From contig CDMY01000963.1 in assembly GCA_001179505.1 (NCBI GenBank), positions 1 through 7,845 of the forward strand: a DNA stretch of 7,845 nucleotides. Reading direction: 5' to 3'. Position numbers and translations under genes: made by a program. The notes under the pieces were generated by a model. The model made no database searches. It was not told the origin of the DNA and worked only from the letters and a program-made list of their open reading frames with translations. The stretch is from Vitrella brassicaformis CCMP3155 (taxonomy: Eukaryota > Protista > Chromerida). This document shows, piece by piece, positions 6,194 to 7,845 of this stretch (the first letter of the stretch is position 1; the number at the start of each line of letters is the position of its first letter).

Positions 6194-7845
6194 CTTCATG
6201 AGAAGGAGCGTCAGGAGCGTTTCAATCAGATATCATGGTGGTGGCTTCTTATCTTACTCTGGGAGAGGTCAACTTGAAGGGAGTGAAGAAAAAAATAGCT
6301 ATTGCGATTGAGATGGCTTCCCTCTTACCTGTGCTTTCTTTGATGAAAGAATAGAAGAAGTAGGAGAAAGAAGTTTATGCCAAGCAATGAACGAATGCTA
6401 TATCTATGAATGCACGTTTGGACTTGGAGTGTGTGTATATAATGAATGTCTCTATGCGCACATGCACCGAGGCATACTCACCGCATTGAGTACAGACTAC
6501 CACTTCGCAATTGCAGGCGGAGGTCAGCACAGCGCGACGCTAGTTGCTCCTCGTCCCTGTGACGTCGCCAGAGAGGGAGAAGGGGGAAGGGACCACCACG
6601 AGAAGGAGTGGAATGGGAAGGAATAGTACCTCACGGCCGCCAACCTGACACTCACACTGTACCTATGGTAGTGAACGACTTACTTACCCGATAAGGCGGG
6701 ATTAAGGCCACCAGAGGGTGACAGTAGCTCCACTGTGCCTCCACAACACCGATGAAAACGTAACAGGAGAAGGAGCAGACGTAGATGAGCCTAGGTGGAA
6801 CGTGCAGAAAGGACGAGAGGGGAAATTACTTACCCTGGTCGGATATCAGCCTGTGCAAAACCTCTCAGCCTTCGCATCACCAGATTAGAGAGTCCACTCG
6901 GAGCGCCACACGGGCATCGGCGACCGGAAAGGTCTACCTGGACTTGGGCCCTGCCATACACACGAAACAAAGGAACTCAGGTATCTTGATGAACATCAGG
7001 TGAACACAAAAGCCTGCTGAACGAGCCAGGGACGACAAGGGAAGGAACGCAGACCCATAGCTGGACTTGAAGGGACCTTGGGCTAGCGTGCCGTCCCGGT
7101 TGCACCTTCCAGCTGTCACAGGGGGACCTCACATGACACTCTCGATGAGCCCATAGACTCGGATGGCAGAGAAATGGGAAGGAAGGCTTTTGGATGGTCC
7201 CAGGCCTCTCCTGTTGACCCATTCAAGTGGTCGTCGGGCTCATGTCACTCAGAGGAAGGTTGTGCCCGCCAGTGGGCCACCAAAAGCTCTCCAGCTCAGC
7301 GGTTTGAGGATGCCAAACGGTGGAGGTCCACCTACCAAAGGATGGGGGCAAACACGGCGAGAAAGGCGGTGAGGAGATCAGGGGAGTGTCAGGGGAGTGA
7401 GGTGGCCCGAAATATGAATCTCAGGATGGACTAAAAAAGAAAAAAATATAGGCAGAAAATGGGTCCCCTCTTCCCATTTTCCCTCATAAATTCCGGCGGT
7501 GCAGTGCGACATTCTCCTGTATCTTGAGCCACGCGTTCGACGCAAGCTGGTCCTCTTCTTCGGTATGCAGCCAGTGTCGATCTTCAGCATGGCCATTTGA
7601 GCTCCAAACTGCTGCAAGTCAATATACAACCTCAGATGCATTGGTGGTATCCATCTGTCATGCAGCGTGGCGTACTTTCTCTTCAGTCTTGTAGAAAAAT
7701 GCCTCAACTTTCAGTCCAGAGGGTGCAGAGACATGAGAGCCAATGCACGTAGGAGAGGAGTAAGGGGCTGCATTTACCTTAATGTCGCGAGATCCTCGAT
7801 GGCCTCATTCTGCTTTATGAAGCGCTCCGGATTCCATCCCTGGCG
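6194..7845 (-). other. Array of minus-strand splice signals (possible gene, decayed gene or spliced non-coding transcript)
   Basis: Intron-like GT..AG segments: 7777-7708 (GTAAAT), 6833-6791 (GTAAGT), a donor GTAAGT at 6687, a donor GTGAGT at 6481, 6328-6273 (GTAAGA) and 6257-6194 (GTAAGA). Exon-like peptides: RQGWNPERFIKQNEAIEDLATL (7845-7778), VWSSNGHAEDRHWLHTEEEDQLASNAWLKIQENVALHRRNL* (7611-7484), DEEQLASRCADLRLQLRSGSLYSM (6556-6482). The simplest joins hit in-frame stops. Confidence 0.3.

Noticed and set aside
7378-7399. Tandem 11-mer tcaggggagtg x2
   Set aside because: Two copies only, consistent with ordinary slippage. There is no spacer structure, so it is not CRISPR-like.
7676-7707. 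Phase-compatible small exon with two in-frame TGA, suggesting stop-codon recoding
   Set aside because: The well-supported gene shows no in-frame TGA. A wrong splice model or decay is far more likely.
7378-7707. 109-aa minus-strand ORF as a standalone gene
   Set aside because: It has a TTG start right at a splice acceptor, runs into a poly-T tract and has no recognisable motif.
5894-7845. Transposable element in the more AT-rich right part
   Set aside because: I saw no transposase, RT or integrase motif, terminal repeats or target-site duplication. It cannot be excluded without a repeat-library search.

Overview
This is intron-rich eukaryotic DNA with short GT-AG introns (mostly 40-100 nt) and GCATGC/GT/GA/GGAT simple repeats. 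The style resembles a chromerid such as Vitrella, but that assignment is inference only. The one well-supported gene is on the minus strand (stop 1793, core exons up to 3268, probable start about 3548; 10-11 exons, about 340 aa). Spliced by hand, it encodes four degenerate RTX-type nonapeptides followed by a domain that I recognise from memory as the C-terminal module of bacterial Ca-binding RTX-like secreted proteins. A second, N-terminally truncated copy of that module lies upstream in the same protein. It is a candidate bacterial gene acquired horizontally and then filled with spliceosomal introns. Bases 2853-4210 reappear at 4513-5870 with 4 differences, between two N gaps, most likely an uncollapsed allele or assembly overlap. 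The flanks show splice signals for a possible plus-strand gene (about 535-1749) and a minus-strand micro-exon-rich unit (about 6190-7845), but I could not assemble convincing proteins from either.
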